From contig JAIYDT010000470.1 in NCBI GenBank assembly GCA_027487355.1, positions 10,199-74,198 on the forward strand: a stretch of 64,000 nt of DNA, read 5' to 3'. Shown here piece after piece: positions 46,984-57,155 of the stretch. Position numbers and translations under genes: made by a program. Origin of the DNA: Verrucomicrobiaceae bacterium (GTDB taxonomy: Bacteria > Verrucomicrobiota > Verrucomicrobiia > Verrucomicrobiales > Akkermansiaceae). The first letter of the stretch is position 1, and every line of letters begins with the position of its first letter. The notes under the pieces are model-generated. The model saw nothing but the letters and a program-made list of their open reading frames with translations. It ran no database searches and had not been told where the DNA came from.

Positions 46984-49900
46984 ATGGCCAGTATTCTCAA
47001 AACCATCGCCCAAGATCTGAACCGCTCGCTTCTGCACGGCGCCCGACAGGCCGACGAGGGCGGCCAAGTCCTGCCATCCACGATCTTGGACGGCCGGCAA
47101 GCGGTGACTACCATCCCGCAGCTTCACAAGGGTGTCGCGGTGACCTTGGAGGTCGATGGCGCTCCCATCCGGACCGATCTTGTCCCTCCTGCCGGAGAAA
47201 TTGACCCCGTGAACGCGGCCGTGCGCCAGGCACTGGAGAACCCCGCACAATACTTCAAGCTGGAAGCAGAGAAGCAGTTGCCCACTTGGATCTTCCAGCA
47301 GCGTCTCTTCAGCCTTCCGGACCGGCCGGCGGCCGAGAACCAGGTCTTTTATAAACATGAGACGACAGGAGCGGAAGTGAAACTGCTCCGCCTGCCACCA
47401 GCCGTGCTGCACGAGAACGCCACGCACAAACAGGGAGCGGACGATCCACGTCCCGGACCGGCTCCCGTTACCCTGTGCCGTGTCTGGCAGGAGACGATGG
47501 GGAATGCCACCTATCAGAAACTTGAGCCTCTGCCACCCGGCGAGTGGCAGGCCGCCATTCTCGTCCGCTGCCCCATGAATCCGGCCTGGGGCTCCGGAAG
47601 CACCGAAACCCCGGTCTTTGAACTTAAGGGCGTGCCGCAGGACGAACGCTGGTACTTGGACCAGTTGAACCTGTTGCCCCCCATGTCGGACAACGGCAAC
47701 CTCCCCAAAGAAGCCCGCCTGAAGATCTGGGTGGAAACGCCAGCACCGGAAGGCCAGGATGCCGAACGCCTCGAATTCAAAGAGTGGGTGATGGCGCGCC
47801 GCAACCTAACGATTTTAGCCCGCCCCGGGGAGACCGTGCTTCAGGATGACGGCCCCCAGCCGGTGGACTATCCCTACGCGGTCACCGAAAGGGATGAGGT
47901 GAACACCATCCGGCTCTTGCAGATGGGCAGCATCACCAACTCGGGCGGCTATTACTTCCGCCCTTACTCCGGCGAAAACCACTCCTTCCCTCAAGGCAAG
48001 TACACGCTCGTCGTGGCCATCCTTTTCCCGGTCAGAACAGCGGAAGGCCTGCCGCTTTCCCAAGAACTGCCCCTGGCCGCGAATGCCGCGGCCTTTCCCG
48101 TGGGAAAGACCCGGGATGAAGAAGGGTATGATCCCAAAAAACCGGAGGAGCCATCTGTCGTCCGATTCGAGGGCAAGCAACACCTGGCCATCGAGCCTTA
48201 CACGCCCATGGGCTGCTTGTCCTTCGCTTGGCGCCGTCGCCTGCCCGAACTGACCACCGCCGACCCGAAGGTGGAACTGAAACCTTCCACCCCTGTGGGC
48301 TTCTCGCGCTCCATTCATCTTCTGGACTTCGAGGCAAAGGGGGCTGACGGAGAGATCCTAAGCTACTACCGGGAGAAAATCTCCTGGATCGAAGACGCCA
48401 CAGCACCGCTTGGCAAAATCCGAACAAGCGAATGGGTGTCGGAGCCCTGCAAGGGCGATTCCGGACAAGCTCTCTCCCCGGTAAAGCGTTTGAACGGCCA
48501 GACTAACGAGGCCGACATGCCGCTTCCCTGCATCGCGCTGGACCGCGAGCCCGAACCGGATCCCGAAAAGTCCGCCGCAGATCCCCCGGTACCAGAACTC
48601 TATTTTTATCGCAACACTCTCCGCCTCGCCAAAGAAGAGGATGGCTTCAGCCATCTGGCCCGCCCGGCCTTCGCTTCCATCCGCATCACTGCGGCTTACC
48701 GCGATATCTTTGGCAACCGGCTCCTGCCTGGCCAAGGGGAACAGGATCGGAAACTCTTCTATACGGACGCTCTCATCCCTCCGGGCGAGTGGCCCGGCTT
48801 CACTTTCCGAATGTTTCCCTCCGCAGCCGGTGAAGTGACCCTTGAGGTGGCTTTTGTCGCCCCGGACATTCCAGAGAAGGACAGGCTGGATACGATCCGC
48901 AAGCTGCGACGCATCAATGCCCAGCTCAACGGCGCGGCGAACGACGTCAGCGTGAAACTTCTGGATACGGCGGAAGTGGATTCTCCCTTCACTTTCAGCC
49001 CAGGGACAGGCGGTACGTTGAAGGCAGGCTTGCTCGGGCTGCTGGAGAAGGCAATCGTCTGGGAGAAGGAACCTCTTCCCCTGGCTTTCACGTTCGACGT
49101 GGCTTTCAACGCGGTGGGTGGTGACGGCGGACGGCCATGCGTGTTCGCCCCGCAGGTCGTGATCGAACGCGAGGAACCGCGGTTTCATCCGCCGTTCGAT
49201 GACCTGTTGGGCAAGGATCCGGATTTCTTGAAGGACAGCATCCGGGCCCAGGTCCTGCGCTGCAGGCACGTGATCCCCTTGGCTGCGAATGCCCTCAAGG
49301 ATGATCCCAAGCCAATGGCGGGAGCCAATCTGGAATCGGTCCAGGGACCCAGCTTCCGCGATGTGATAATCAAGTTCTCCCTGCACCTTAGCTCCGGCTT
49401 CCGGACCCAAGCCGCAGGCCGCAGAAACCGCTTCAACGAGCACGAGCTGTGGTTCGTGCCTGATGCGCTCTTTCCCACGGCACGCGCCGATGCCCCCCTG
49501 TTTTCCACACCGCGCCCGCTCAGCACCACCTTGGGGGCGGAGTCGTTCAAAACCCCGGATTTCCTCGCCGACGGTGCGGCCGGGCACTGGGAAAACCTGC
49601 CCCTCAAGCAAACTTCCGTCACCCGCGCGGACTATGACCTGTTGGGCCGCCGTGGCTTCGAACTGTTGGATCAACTGGCACAGCCGCTGGATCTAACTGC
49701 CAAGACCTTTGTTAAGGACCGGCAAGGCAATGTGACCTCCGAGCTGTTGTGGAATGCCATTCTCGGCAGCAAGGATCAGGTGGCCAGTACGCTGGGCGAC
49801 TCGAGCAACCACTTTGTGGTGCCCGTCTTCGACAAGACACCCTTCATGGAAGGGGGAGTAACCCGCATGTGCAAGGACGCGTTCCAGCGCGACCTACGCA

Positions 49901-51486
49901 TGTTCTACAGCATCGATGCCCTGGTCCAGTGGCCCGTGGACATACCGGCCGTCCTGCACACCCGGAAGCCGGTGATCAATTTCTACGGGGTGACAACGGC
50001 CGACATCAGGCACGATGTCGGGAACGCCGACAACACCCGGCCGACCTTCTCCGACTTCGTATTGAATCCCGCGGGCGACCTTGACCGTTCTCCCGGCGAT
50101 GGCCCGGCAGGCAAGGGCTATCTAACGGTCACCTACGATTTGCCACCCGGGGGCGAGAAAACCTTCGATGCCTGGACCACCACGGCGTTCGCCGGGCGGA
50201 TCACCCACCTGCAACTTCCCGCCTCTGACGACATCGAGAGCCAGGTCTTCAACCAGGGCCAATGGCTGGAACTGGTGGAGGCCGGGATCCCTGGCGACAA
50301 AGCACAACACCTATCCTACACCCCGGAAAACCTCAAGATTCCCGCCGTCCTGAGGCGTTTCCCCACGGAGCCGATGATGCCCTCCTGCGTGGCTCTGCAT
50401 CCGCCGGATGGGGCGGTCGAACCGGAATATCTGGGAGTGTGGGGATGGGAAGTGATGGTCGGTGCGGAAGCAAATTCCAACGACACGATCTATCTGGCGG
50501 TGGAGTATTCCGATCCGGAAAAACCACCGTCGGCAGATTTGGCGGAAGACAGCGTCGGGTGGCCGAGCACCAACCTGCTGCAAGACCTGGTGGTGCTGGG
50601 ACAACTGGCCAATCAACCCCTTTCCTGGTGGAATGACATGGCTGGCAATGGTCCGGTGGCGCTGCAGGCATTCCCTCCGCTCCTGCGCGCGCTGAACCGT
50701 CACCTGCTCCCGAAAGCGGCAGCTTTGGCGGACGATGCAAAGCCGCTCGTGACCGACCACTTCAGTTGCGCCATCAATGAAATTTCCACAAATCCCCTGC
50801 TCCTCAAGGGTGATAGCAACCCGAACCGCAAGCGCGTGGTGGCACGGACTGACACGGCGGAACCCTTGCCGCCCCCGGGAATGACCCACTTCAGCGTCAG
50901 GGCGGAAGCGGATGGTGTGGCGGAGAATGGAATCTTGAACCTGTTCGTCGGCGAGAGTGTCACTGCTTTCCGGCCCAACCTGCGACTGAAGCGCAACGCA
51001 AGCATTCTGGGGCGCGTCCCCACTCCAAGTCTGGTCTACGAGTGCGGCCCGGTCTATTACCCCGAACTGTTAAGAGTGGCAAACCGGTTCTCCAAGCCAG
51101 TCCGGGCCGCGAACATTCCACGCGACACCTTCAGCGAGACAACCTTGGCGGCAGCCATTCAGAACCTGTTGGAGCGCGTGCTCGGCACCCAGCTCGGTGC
51201 CTATTACGATCTCCGGGTAGACTGCAAGCATTCCTTTACCGTCGGCGGAAATGCGCTGACCAATGCCTTCCTGATCCTGCCTACCGATTACAAATACACG
51301 ACGGCGGAAATACTCGCCAAGGATCTGGCGAAGCGCTACGTGGACTTCCTCGGAAGCCATGCGAGGGAAATGATCCAAGCCATCACGAGTCCCATGTTCG
51401 TCCTGGGGCTCCAGGCGACGTCCAGGAAGGATGCCCGCCCGGTGCTGCTGGAGATCGATGCCCTCGAGTTCGCCTTCTTGCCATGA
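46984..51486 (+). CDS. Giant hypothetical protein (1500 aa)
   Basis: Long Pro-rich ORF 13 nt after the previous gene; conserved-looking segments ITNSGGYY and YRDIFGN. Confidence 0.85.
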   Translation: MASILKTIAQDLNRSLLHGARQADEGGQVLPSTILDGRQAVTTIPQLHKGVAVTLEVDGAPIRTDLVPPAGEIDPVNAAVRQALENPAQYFKLEAEKQLPTWIFQQRLFSLPDRPAAENQVFYKHETTGAEVKLLRLPPAVLHENATHKQGADDPRPGPAPVTLCRVWQETMGNATYQKLEPLPPGEWQAAILVRCPMNPAWGSGSTETPVFELKGVPQDERWYLDQLNLLPPMSDNGNLPKEARLKIWVETPAPEGQDAERLEFKEWVMARRNLTILARPGETVLQDDGPQPVDYPYAVTERDEVNTIRLLQMGSITNSGGYYFRPYSGENHSFPQGKYTLVVAILFPVRTAEGLPLSQELPLAANAAAFPVGKTRDEEGYDPKKPEEPSVVRFEGKQHLAIEPYTPMGCLSFAWRRRLPELTTADPKVELKPSTPVGFSRSIHLLDFEAKGADGEILSYYREKISWIEDATAPLGKIRTSEWVSEPCKGDSGQALSPVKRLNGQTNEADMPLPCIALDREPEPDPEKSAADPPVPELYFYRNTLRLAKEEDGFSHLARPAFASIRITAAYRDIFGNRLLPGQGEQDRKLFYTDALIPPGEWPGFTFRMFPSAAGEVTLEVAFVAPDIPEKDRLDTIRKLRRINAQLNGAANDVSVKLLDTAEVDSPFTFSPGTGGTLKAGLLGLLEKAIVWEKEPLPLAFTFDVAFNAVGGDGGRPCVFAPQVVIEREEPRFHPPFDDLLGKDPDFLKDSIRAQVLRCRHVIPLAANALKDDPKPMAGANLESVQGPSFRDVIIKFSLHLSSGFRTQAAGRRNRFNEHELWFVPDALFPTARADAPLFSTPRPLSTTLGAESFKTPDFLADGAAGHWENLPLKQTSVTRADYDLLGRRGFELLDQLAQPLDLTAKTFVKDRQGNVTSELLWNAILGSKDQVASTLGDSSNHFVVPVFDKTPFMEGGVTRMCKDAFQRDLRMFYSIDALVQWPVDIPAVLHTRKPVINFYGVTTADIRHDVGNADNTRPTFSDFVLNPAGDLDRSPGDGPAGKGYLTVTYDLPPGGEKTFDAWTTTAFAGRITHLQLPASDDIESQVFNQGQWLELVEAGIPGDKAQHLSYTPENLKIPAVLRRFPTEPMMPSCVALHPPDGAVEPEYLGVWGWEVMVGAEANSNDTIYLAVEYSDPEKPPSADLAEDSVGWPSTNLLQDLVVLGQLANQPLSWWNDMAGNGPVALQAFPPLLRALNRHLLPKAAALADDAKPLVTDHFSCAINEISTNPLLLKGDSNPNRKRVVARTDTAEPLPPPGMTHFSVRAEADGVAENGILNLFVGESVTAFRPNLRLKRNASILGRVPTPSLVYECGPVYYPELLRVANRFSKPVRAANIPRDTFSETTLAAAIQNLLERVLGTQLGAYYDLRVDCKHSFTVGGNALTNAFLILPTDYKYTTAEILAKDLAKRYVDFLGSHAREMIQAITSPMFVLGLQATSRKDARPVLLEIDALEFAFLP

Positions 51487-51746
51487 ATATGGAAGTCTAT
51501 ATCTGGACCACCTTGCCGCACGCGCTTGTCGGGCTGGTGATCGGCTGGGTCGCGGTGCTGCTTGGCCGCAACCGGGTCCGGCTGCTCCAAGGCTGCACCA
51601 TCGGTGCCGCATGCATCATCCCCTGCCTGCTCACGGGTGCCGCATTCGCCGGACCATGGTGGGTAGCACCCGCGGGACTGCTCCTGGGTGCCGCCGCCCA
51701 CGCGACCTTTCTTCTCTTCATTCAATCCAATACCTCCAAACCATGA
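51483..51746 (+). CDS. Small 3-TM membrane protein (87 aa)
   Basis: ATGA overlaps at both ends; three hydrophobic helices. Confidence 0.7.
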   Translation: MNMEVYIWTTLPHALVGLVIGWVAVLLGRNRVRLLQGCTIGAACIIPCLLTGAAFAGPWWVAPAGLLLGAAAHATFLLFIQSNTSKP

Positions 51747-52699
51747 ATTCGAACATCCTCCCCCTCCTCGGTGCCGGCACCTTCGGTGCCTTGATTGGCT
51801 GGTTTGTCTACTACATCAACCGTTATCGGAAAGGCGACGTCCAGTTCAGCGACTTGACCACGCTCATCGGCATCATCGGCGGCGCTTCGGTGATGACTCT
51901 ACTTGAGTCCAACTCATCCGGAGTTACCAAGGCGCAAATGTTCGGAGCCTACGGAATAGGCCTATTCCTGGGATTTTTTGGTTACTTCATCCTGCTCCTA
52001 GTTCTCGTGAAAAACTCGGGAGGAGCCTTCACATGGACTTGGTTTCTCGATGGCCGTCGCAAGAATCCGCTGACCGCGGAAGGGGAGGGTTATCCCGGCG
52101 GAGCACCACCGTCAGACAACAGGCCCATGACAGACCGGGTGGCGATCCTAGAAGACAGGCTGAACCGGCAGCCGGCACCACAAGCCGGGCGGGAAGTTTC
52201 CGAAATCGCTTCTGAAACTCCCGCGTTCCTTGCCGCGACCAGAAGCCGGACAATGCTTATGGAAACCGTGAATTCCACGGCCGCCCGCGTCCTCACGATC
52301 TGCGAAAGCAACTGGGAAGCGAACAAATCGGATTGCAACGCGTTCGTGAAGGCTGTCTCGGAAGCCCTCGGAGTTACGGGCTTGGCTGGCGACGCGGACC
52401 AGATCACCGGCATCATCACGGGACACGGCTGGCGGCAGCTGGCTAACGGCGTGGAGGCCAAGGAGGCGGCGGATGCCGGGGAACTGGTCGTTGGCGGATT
52501 GCGCGGCAGCGAGCACAATCCAGCCAGGGCACACGGCCATGTCGTGATTGTGGTTACCGGCGGACTCGCGAAGGAAAAATATCCCACGGCCTACTGGGGT
52601 TCACTGGGCGCCGTTGGCAAGAAGAACACAACCGTCAACTTCTCCTGGAGAGAGGGGGACCGCGACAAGGTCCACTACGCGGCCAAGGTCTTGTCTTGA
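51743..52699 (+). CDS. 3-TM protein fused to a CHAP/NlpC-P60-like Cys-His amidase domain
   Basis: ATG at 51743; three TM segments; SDCNAFVKAV...ADQI...GELVVGG...HGHVVIV. Confidence 0.7.
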   Translation: MNSNILPLLGAGTFGALIGWFVYYINRYRKGDVQFSDLTTLIGIIGGASVMTLLESNSSGVTKAQMFGAYGIGLFLGFFGYFILLLVLVKNSGGAFTWTWFLDGRRKNPLTAEGEGYPGGAPPSDNRPMTDRVAILEDRLNRQPAPQAGREVSEIASETPAFLAATRSRTMLMETVNSTAARVLTICESNWEANKSDCNAFVKAVSEALGVTGLAGDADQITGIITGHGWRQLANGVEAKEAADAGELVVGGLRGSEHNPARAHGHVVIVVTGGLAKEKYPTAYWGSLGAVGKKNTTVNFSWREGDRDKVHYAAKVLS

Positions 52700-52739
52700 C
52701 CCGCGCATCGACCGTCAGTCCTAACCCGTCTCCCTGGCC

Positions 52740-54803
52740 ATGCCCATTAGAATCAACAACATCGTTCTGGACCTGAACGCCCCAGCCTCCTTTGAAATGG
52801 CCGCGGCGGCCTCGCCAGCCTCGCCCGCCGAAACTGACTACGTGCTGGTGGAGGTTTCCCACGACCTGACGCGCTCTGAAAAGGATGAGCTGGCCAAGGC
52901 CGGGGCCACCATCCAGCAATCCGTGCCAGTCAATACCCTCAAATGCCTTTTCCCATCCCCGGATGTGAACAAGTTGCGGGAACTGTCCTTTGTCACGGCG
53001 GTCCTTCCTTACTATGAGACTTTCAAGGTCGATCCGGCACTGACTCATTTGGCGGACAGGGCCGGCTTGATGGCTTTCGAAGAGATGCTTGCGCCCGAAG
53101 GCCGGCCTCGCGACGAAGTGCAAGAAGTGGACGTGATCTTTCACGAGGATGTGGCCCCGGAACGGGGAATACCGCAGGTGGAGGCGGCGGTGGACCAGCA
53201 AATCCCCGGAGAGAACAAAGGTGAACACAAGGTCAGATTGCTGGCTTCGTCATCCGCGATCGAACAGATCAAAAAGCTGGACGTGGTCAGCAAGATCGAA
53301 AAGGTCTTTCCATACGAGCTGTCCAACAATGTCGCGCGGGACATTCTGGCCGTGCCGGAGGTTACCGGACCGGATCAGCTTGCTTTCACGGGTGAAGGTG
53401 AGGTGGTGGCCGTGGCGGACACCGGTTTCGACAACGGCAAGAAGGACTCAACGATCCATCCCGCCTTCCTCGGAAAGGTGAAAACCCTCTATGCACTCGG
53501 TCGTGTCAATCCACCGGATGCAAGTGACCCGCAAGGGCATGGTACCCATGTAGCAGGATCCGTGCTGGGTGACGGGAATTCGGCTCCTCTCGGGATACGC
53601 GTTCAGGGCACGGCCCCGGGTGCCAGATTGGTATTGCAAAGCTGCTATCAATCCAGCGGAAGCGCCCTTGGCGGACTTCCGGCCGACCTACATTATCTTT
53701 TTGACCAGCCGTATACCAATGACGGAGCGCGCGTGCACACGAACTCCTGGGGAACACCCCGCTCGGCCGGACGCTACAGTGCAAACGCCAGTGAAATTGA
53801 TGACTTCGTCTACAAGAACCGCAATTTCCTGGTCTTGTTTGCCGCGGGAAACGAAGGCGTGGATGTCAGCGCCAGCGGCGACATTACCCGGGGGTCCGTC
53901 ACCGCACCCGGTACCGCAAAAAACTGCCTGACGGTCGGGGCTAGCGAGAATTTCAGGCCTGGCAATCCATTTGCTCCGAACGCTGCGCCGGTGTCACTTA
54001 CATGGGGACCGGACAACCGTTGGCCGGTCCCACCGATCAGCAATGATCACCAAGCGCACAATCCTGACGGCATGGCAGCTTTCAGTGGAAGAGGACCTAC
54101 CACAAACGGACGAATCAAGCCCGATTTGGTGGCCCCGGGTACTTTCATTTTGTCCGCCCGATCCCGCCGAATGCCAGCGGCCTCGGTCGTGATGCCCACC
54201 GCCGATCCAGACTACCGCTTCTCGCGGGGGACCAGCATGTCCACTCCACTTGTGGCGGGTTGTGCAGCGGTGGTGCGACAGTGGCTCGCCACGCAGCAGA
54301 CAACGATTAATCCCAGCGCGGCACTGATCAAAGCGCTACTGATCAATGGAGCGACCGATATGCGTGGCCAATACACGCCATCCGAGGCCCCCCTCATTCC
54401 GAATTACAGCGAAGGCTTTGGACGGGTCAACGTGGCAACAGCTATTAACCATGACGCCTCGGTCTCCCTCTTCTTTTTTGATGAGGGAAACGAATTGGAT
54501 ACCTCAGAATCCGAAAGCCGCGAGGTTACACTTCCCGCCGGATCCAAGATTAAGGTGACCTTGGTATGGACGGATCCACCTGGTGAAGACTTGCAGAGCG
54601 ACCTTGACCTCATCGTCCGTGACAGTGCCGGCACGGAATGTCACGGCAACTTACAGCCGAACGATCCCGGTTTTGATCGCGTCAACAACGTGGAGCAGGT
54701 GGTTTGGGATGCTCCGACCGCGGGAGTGCTCACGATTACGGTCACGGCCGTGAGAATCAGCTTGGGCGCGCAGTCATACGCATTGGTCATCCGGGTCGGC
54801 TAG
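52740..54803 (+). CDS. Subtilisin-like S8 serine peptidase with a prodomain and C-terminal beta domain
   Basis: Triad VADTG / HGTHVAGS / GTSMSTP, plus FAAGNEG and KPDLVAPG; no signal peptide seen. Confidence 0.93.
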   Translation: MPIRINNIVLDLNAPASFEMAAAASPASPAETDYVLVEVSHDLTRSEKDELAKAGATIQQSVPVNTLKCLFPSPDVNKLRELSFVTAVLPYYETFKVDPALTHLADRAGLMAFEEMLAPEGRPRDEVQEVDVIFHEDVAPERGIPQVEAAVDQQIPGENKGEHKVRLLASSSAIEQIKKLDVVSKIEKVFPYELSNNVARDILAVPEVTGPDQLAFTGEGEVVAVADTGFDNGKKDSTIHPAFLGKVKTLYALGRVNPPDASDPQGHGTHVAGSVLGDGNSAPLGIRVQGTAPGARLVLQSCYQSSGSALGGLPADLHYLFDQPYTNDGARVHTNSWGTPRSAGRYSANASEIDDFVYKNRNFLVLFAAGNEGVDVSASGDITRGSVTAPGTAKNCLTVGASENFRPGNPFAPNAAPVSLTWGPDNRWPVPPISNDHQAHNPDGMAAFSGRGPTTNGRIKPDLVAPGTFILSARSRRMPAASVVMPTADPDYRFSRGTSMSTPLVAGCAAVVRQWLATQQTTINPSAALIKALLINGATDMRGQYTPSEAPLIPNYSEGFGRVNVATAINHDASVSLFFFDEGNELDTSESESREVTLPAGSKIKVTLVWTDPPGEDLQSDLDLIVRDSAGTECHGNLQPNDPGFDRVNNVEQVVWDAPTAGVLTITVTAVRISLGAQSYALVIRVG

Positions 54804-54896
54804 AAATGCCAAAAGCAAGCTTCCAACATTTTAACCTCTCCCATGGGAGACCATCTCGAAAGTTTTACCCTCTAATGTTAATCAGGTAATAAAGAT

Positions 54897-57137
54897 ATGA
54901 ACTCGAAAGAAGAACAAATCGCAAAGTATCTTTCTCGTTTTGCGGAGCAAAAAGGCATCGAGACGCTTTTGGGAGCAGTTCAGCGGGCAGGTGCCGAGGC
55001 GGCTGAAATCTCCGGAGCCTCCAGTAACCAGGAACTGGCGGAAGCTGGGATGAAGCGCATTATGCAGGGCGAGGTGCCGACTTCCGAACAGGTCGCCGGC
55101 ATCGAGGCGATCATCTTGCCGAAAATCCGCCCGGTTCTCGACGTGATAGATTGCGATTTTCGGACTGACCATCCGATGTGGCTCAAGCTCAACGAGGACG
55201 CGAACATCCGGCAGAACCTCAGATCCGCGATCCCTTCGATCGGGCGGATCGAGCTCCCCGGTCATCCGCTTTATCCATACGGAGGGACTGGATTTGTCGT
55301 CGGAAAGAACCTGGTGATGACCAACCGACACGTGGCCGGGATCTTCTCCAATGGCGTGGGAACAGGAACACTTTCCTTTAAACCGGGACACCGAGCGGGC
55401 ATCGATTTTCTCAAAGAACTCGACCGTCCGCAGGTTGCCGCATTTCAGGTCAAGCGGGTTGTGATGGTGCATCCATACTGGGACATGGCGCTTCTGGTGG
55501 TGGAAGAACTACCGGAGAATGTGAAACCGTTGCAGCTCTCGCTGCGTGATATCGCGGGGAACGCGATGATAGAAGTGGCCGCCATCGGTTATCCGGCTTT
55601 CGACACGAGGAATGACCGTGACGTGCAGAACGACCTTTTCAGGAATACTTTCGGCGTGAAGCGATTGCAGCCGGGCACGCTTGGAGGGCGCAGGGAGACC
55701 GAGAGCTTCGGCAAGCTCGTAAGCGCCGTTCTTCACAACTGCTCGACGCTGGGCGGGAACTCCGGCTCTGCCTTGGTGGACATGAACAACGGCGAAGTCG
55801 TCGCGCTACATTTCGGAGGCCGATACGGTGACACCAACTATGGAGTTCCCACGAGCGAGCTCAGCCGCGACCAGCGGGTGATCGACGCAGGTGTCACCTT
55901 CAGAGGGACGGCTCCCGGGGGTGAGCCAAATTGGGGAAACTGGTGGAAAAGCGCGGACGAATCTCCTGTTTCCGGGGCCTTGAGCCCCTGCACCCCTACC
56001 CAGACGGCGGCCGGTAAGGGCTCCAGTCGGCCACTTGGCCTGCAAGGGAACGAGTCTGCCACAAGCAATGACAGATCGATCGAAATCGTTGTTCCGCTTC
56101 ATGTGACGATTCGCCTGGGATCTCCGATAGGACAGACAGAAACCACTGCCCGCGTGCCCACCCGGCCAACAGGAGAAATTACCGAGGAACGGATGGCGAT
56201 CCCTTGGCACGACGAGGATTACAGCTCAAGGAAAGGCTATCAGAAAGAGTTCATCGGCTTGACCGTGCCGATGCCCGAGCCAGCCGATTCCGCGGTGGTC
56301 GCCAGGGCGAAGGATGGTAGCACCGTGCTGCACTACGAGAACTTCTCCGTCATCATGCACGAGCAGCGGCGCATGGCCCTCATCACCGCGTCGAATGTCA
56401 CCGCGGAAACCAAACTGAGGAAGCCCGAGGAAGGCCAGGCCTATTCACGAAAGGGGCTGTCGGGACTGGGGCCGAATGATCAAGAACGTTGGTTCCCCGA
56501 TCCCCGTCTGGATGACCAGTATCAGCTCCCCGACGCCTTTTATACGAACGATCAAGGTGCCTTCGACAAAGGGCACATCGTTCGGCGGGACGATGTTGCC
56601 TGGGGGAAAACCTATGACGTGCTGAGGCGTGCCAATGGCGACACCTATCATGTGACCAACTGTTCCCCACAGGTGTCGGGATTCAACCAGAACACGCGTG
56701 GCGAGGACAACTGGGGCGATCTGGAAAACCATGTGCTGAAGAGTGCGGCCGAGGAACGCTACTGCGTGTTCGCCGGCCCCGTTCTCGATCCGGCGGACGA
56801 GGTATTCGTGGGTTCCGGCGGCAACCGGACGCGCATCCGGGTGAAGATCCCGTCGCGTTACTGGAAGGTTGTCGTCGCGCGCACGGCGGACGGACTCGCG
56901 AGTTATGGATTTGTGCTCGAACAGAACCTGAGCGACGTTCCACTGGAAACAGAATTCGTCGTTCCCGAAGAATTCACGCGTTTCATGGAGCCGCTGGCGG
57001 ATCTGCAAGAGCGCGCCGGGGTCTTGTTTCCTAATGTTGTCCTGGAATCCGACCAATACAGCGCCGAGGAAGGGATCGACCTCGCGTTCCGTGCGGGAAT
57101 CCGGCGGCGTAGAAACGGGGTGGAGGATAATCAGTAA
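54897..57137 (+). CDS. Trypsin-like (V8-type) protease fused to a DNA/RNA non-specific endonuclease
   Basis: TNRHVA / WDMAL / GGNSGS triad; FDKGHIVRR, TNCSPQ..FNQ and WGDLE NucA/EndoG motifs. Confidence 0.92.
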   Translation: MNSKEEQIAKYLSRFAEQKGIETLLGAVQRAGAEAAEISGASSNQELAEAGMKRIMQGEVPTSEQVAGIEAIILPKIRPVLDVIDCDFRTDHPMWLKLNEDANIRQNLRSAIPSIGRIELPGHPLYPYGGTGFVVGKNLVMTNRHVAGIFSNGVGTGTLSFKPGHRAGIDFLKELDRPQVAAFQVKRVVMVHPYWDMALLVVEELPENVKPLQLSLRDIAGNAMIEVAAIGYPAFDTRNDRDVQNDLFRNTFGVKRLQPGTLGGRRETESFGKLVSAVLHNCSTLGGNSGSALVDMNNGEVVALHFGGRYGDTNYGVPTSELSRDQRVIDAGVTFRGTAPGGEPNWGNWWKSADESPVSGALSPCTPTQTAAGKGSSRPLGLQGNESATSNDRSIEIVVPLHVTIRLGSPIGQTETTARVPTRPTGEITEERMAIPWHDEDYSSRKGYQKEFIGLTVPMPEPADSAVVARAKDGSTVLHYENFSVIMHEQRRMALITASNVTAETKLRKPEEGQAYSRKGLSGLGPNDQERWFPDPRLDDQYQLPDAFYTNDQGAFDKGHIVRRDDVAWGKTYDVLRRANGDTYHVTNCSPQVSGFNQNTRGEDNWGDLENHVLKSAAEERYCVFAGPVLDPADEVFVGSGGNRTRIRVKIPSRYWKVVVARTADGLASYGFVLEQNLSDVPLETEFVVPEEFTRFMEPLADLQERAGVLFPNVVLESDQYSAEEGIDLAFRAGIRRRRNGVEDNQ

Positions 57138-57155
57138 TCCAATCCGGACGGAATC

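Noticed and set aside
43173-49674. Long antisense ORFs (e.g. 355 aa at 43173-44240, 438 aa at 48358-49674)
   Set aside because: They are shadows of GC-rich sense genes and contain no motifs.
41733-51486. Contractile injection system, Tc toxin or RHS toxin
   Set aside because: No sheath, tube, baseplate, VgrG or YD-repeat motifs were recognised.
51042-51742. Long versions of the 234-aa and 422-aa ORFs
   Set aside because: The extensions overlap real genes; ATGA-coupled starts at 51483 and 51743 fit better.
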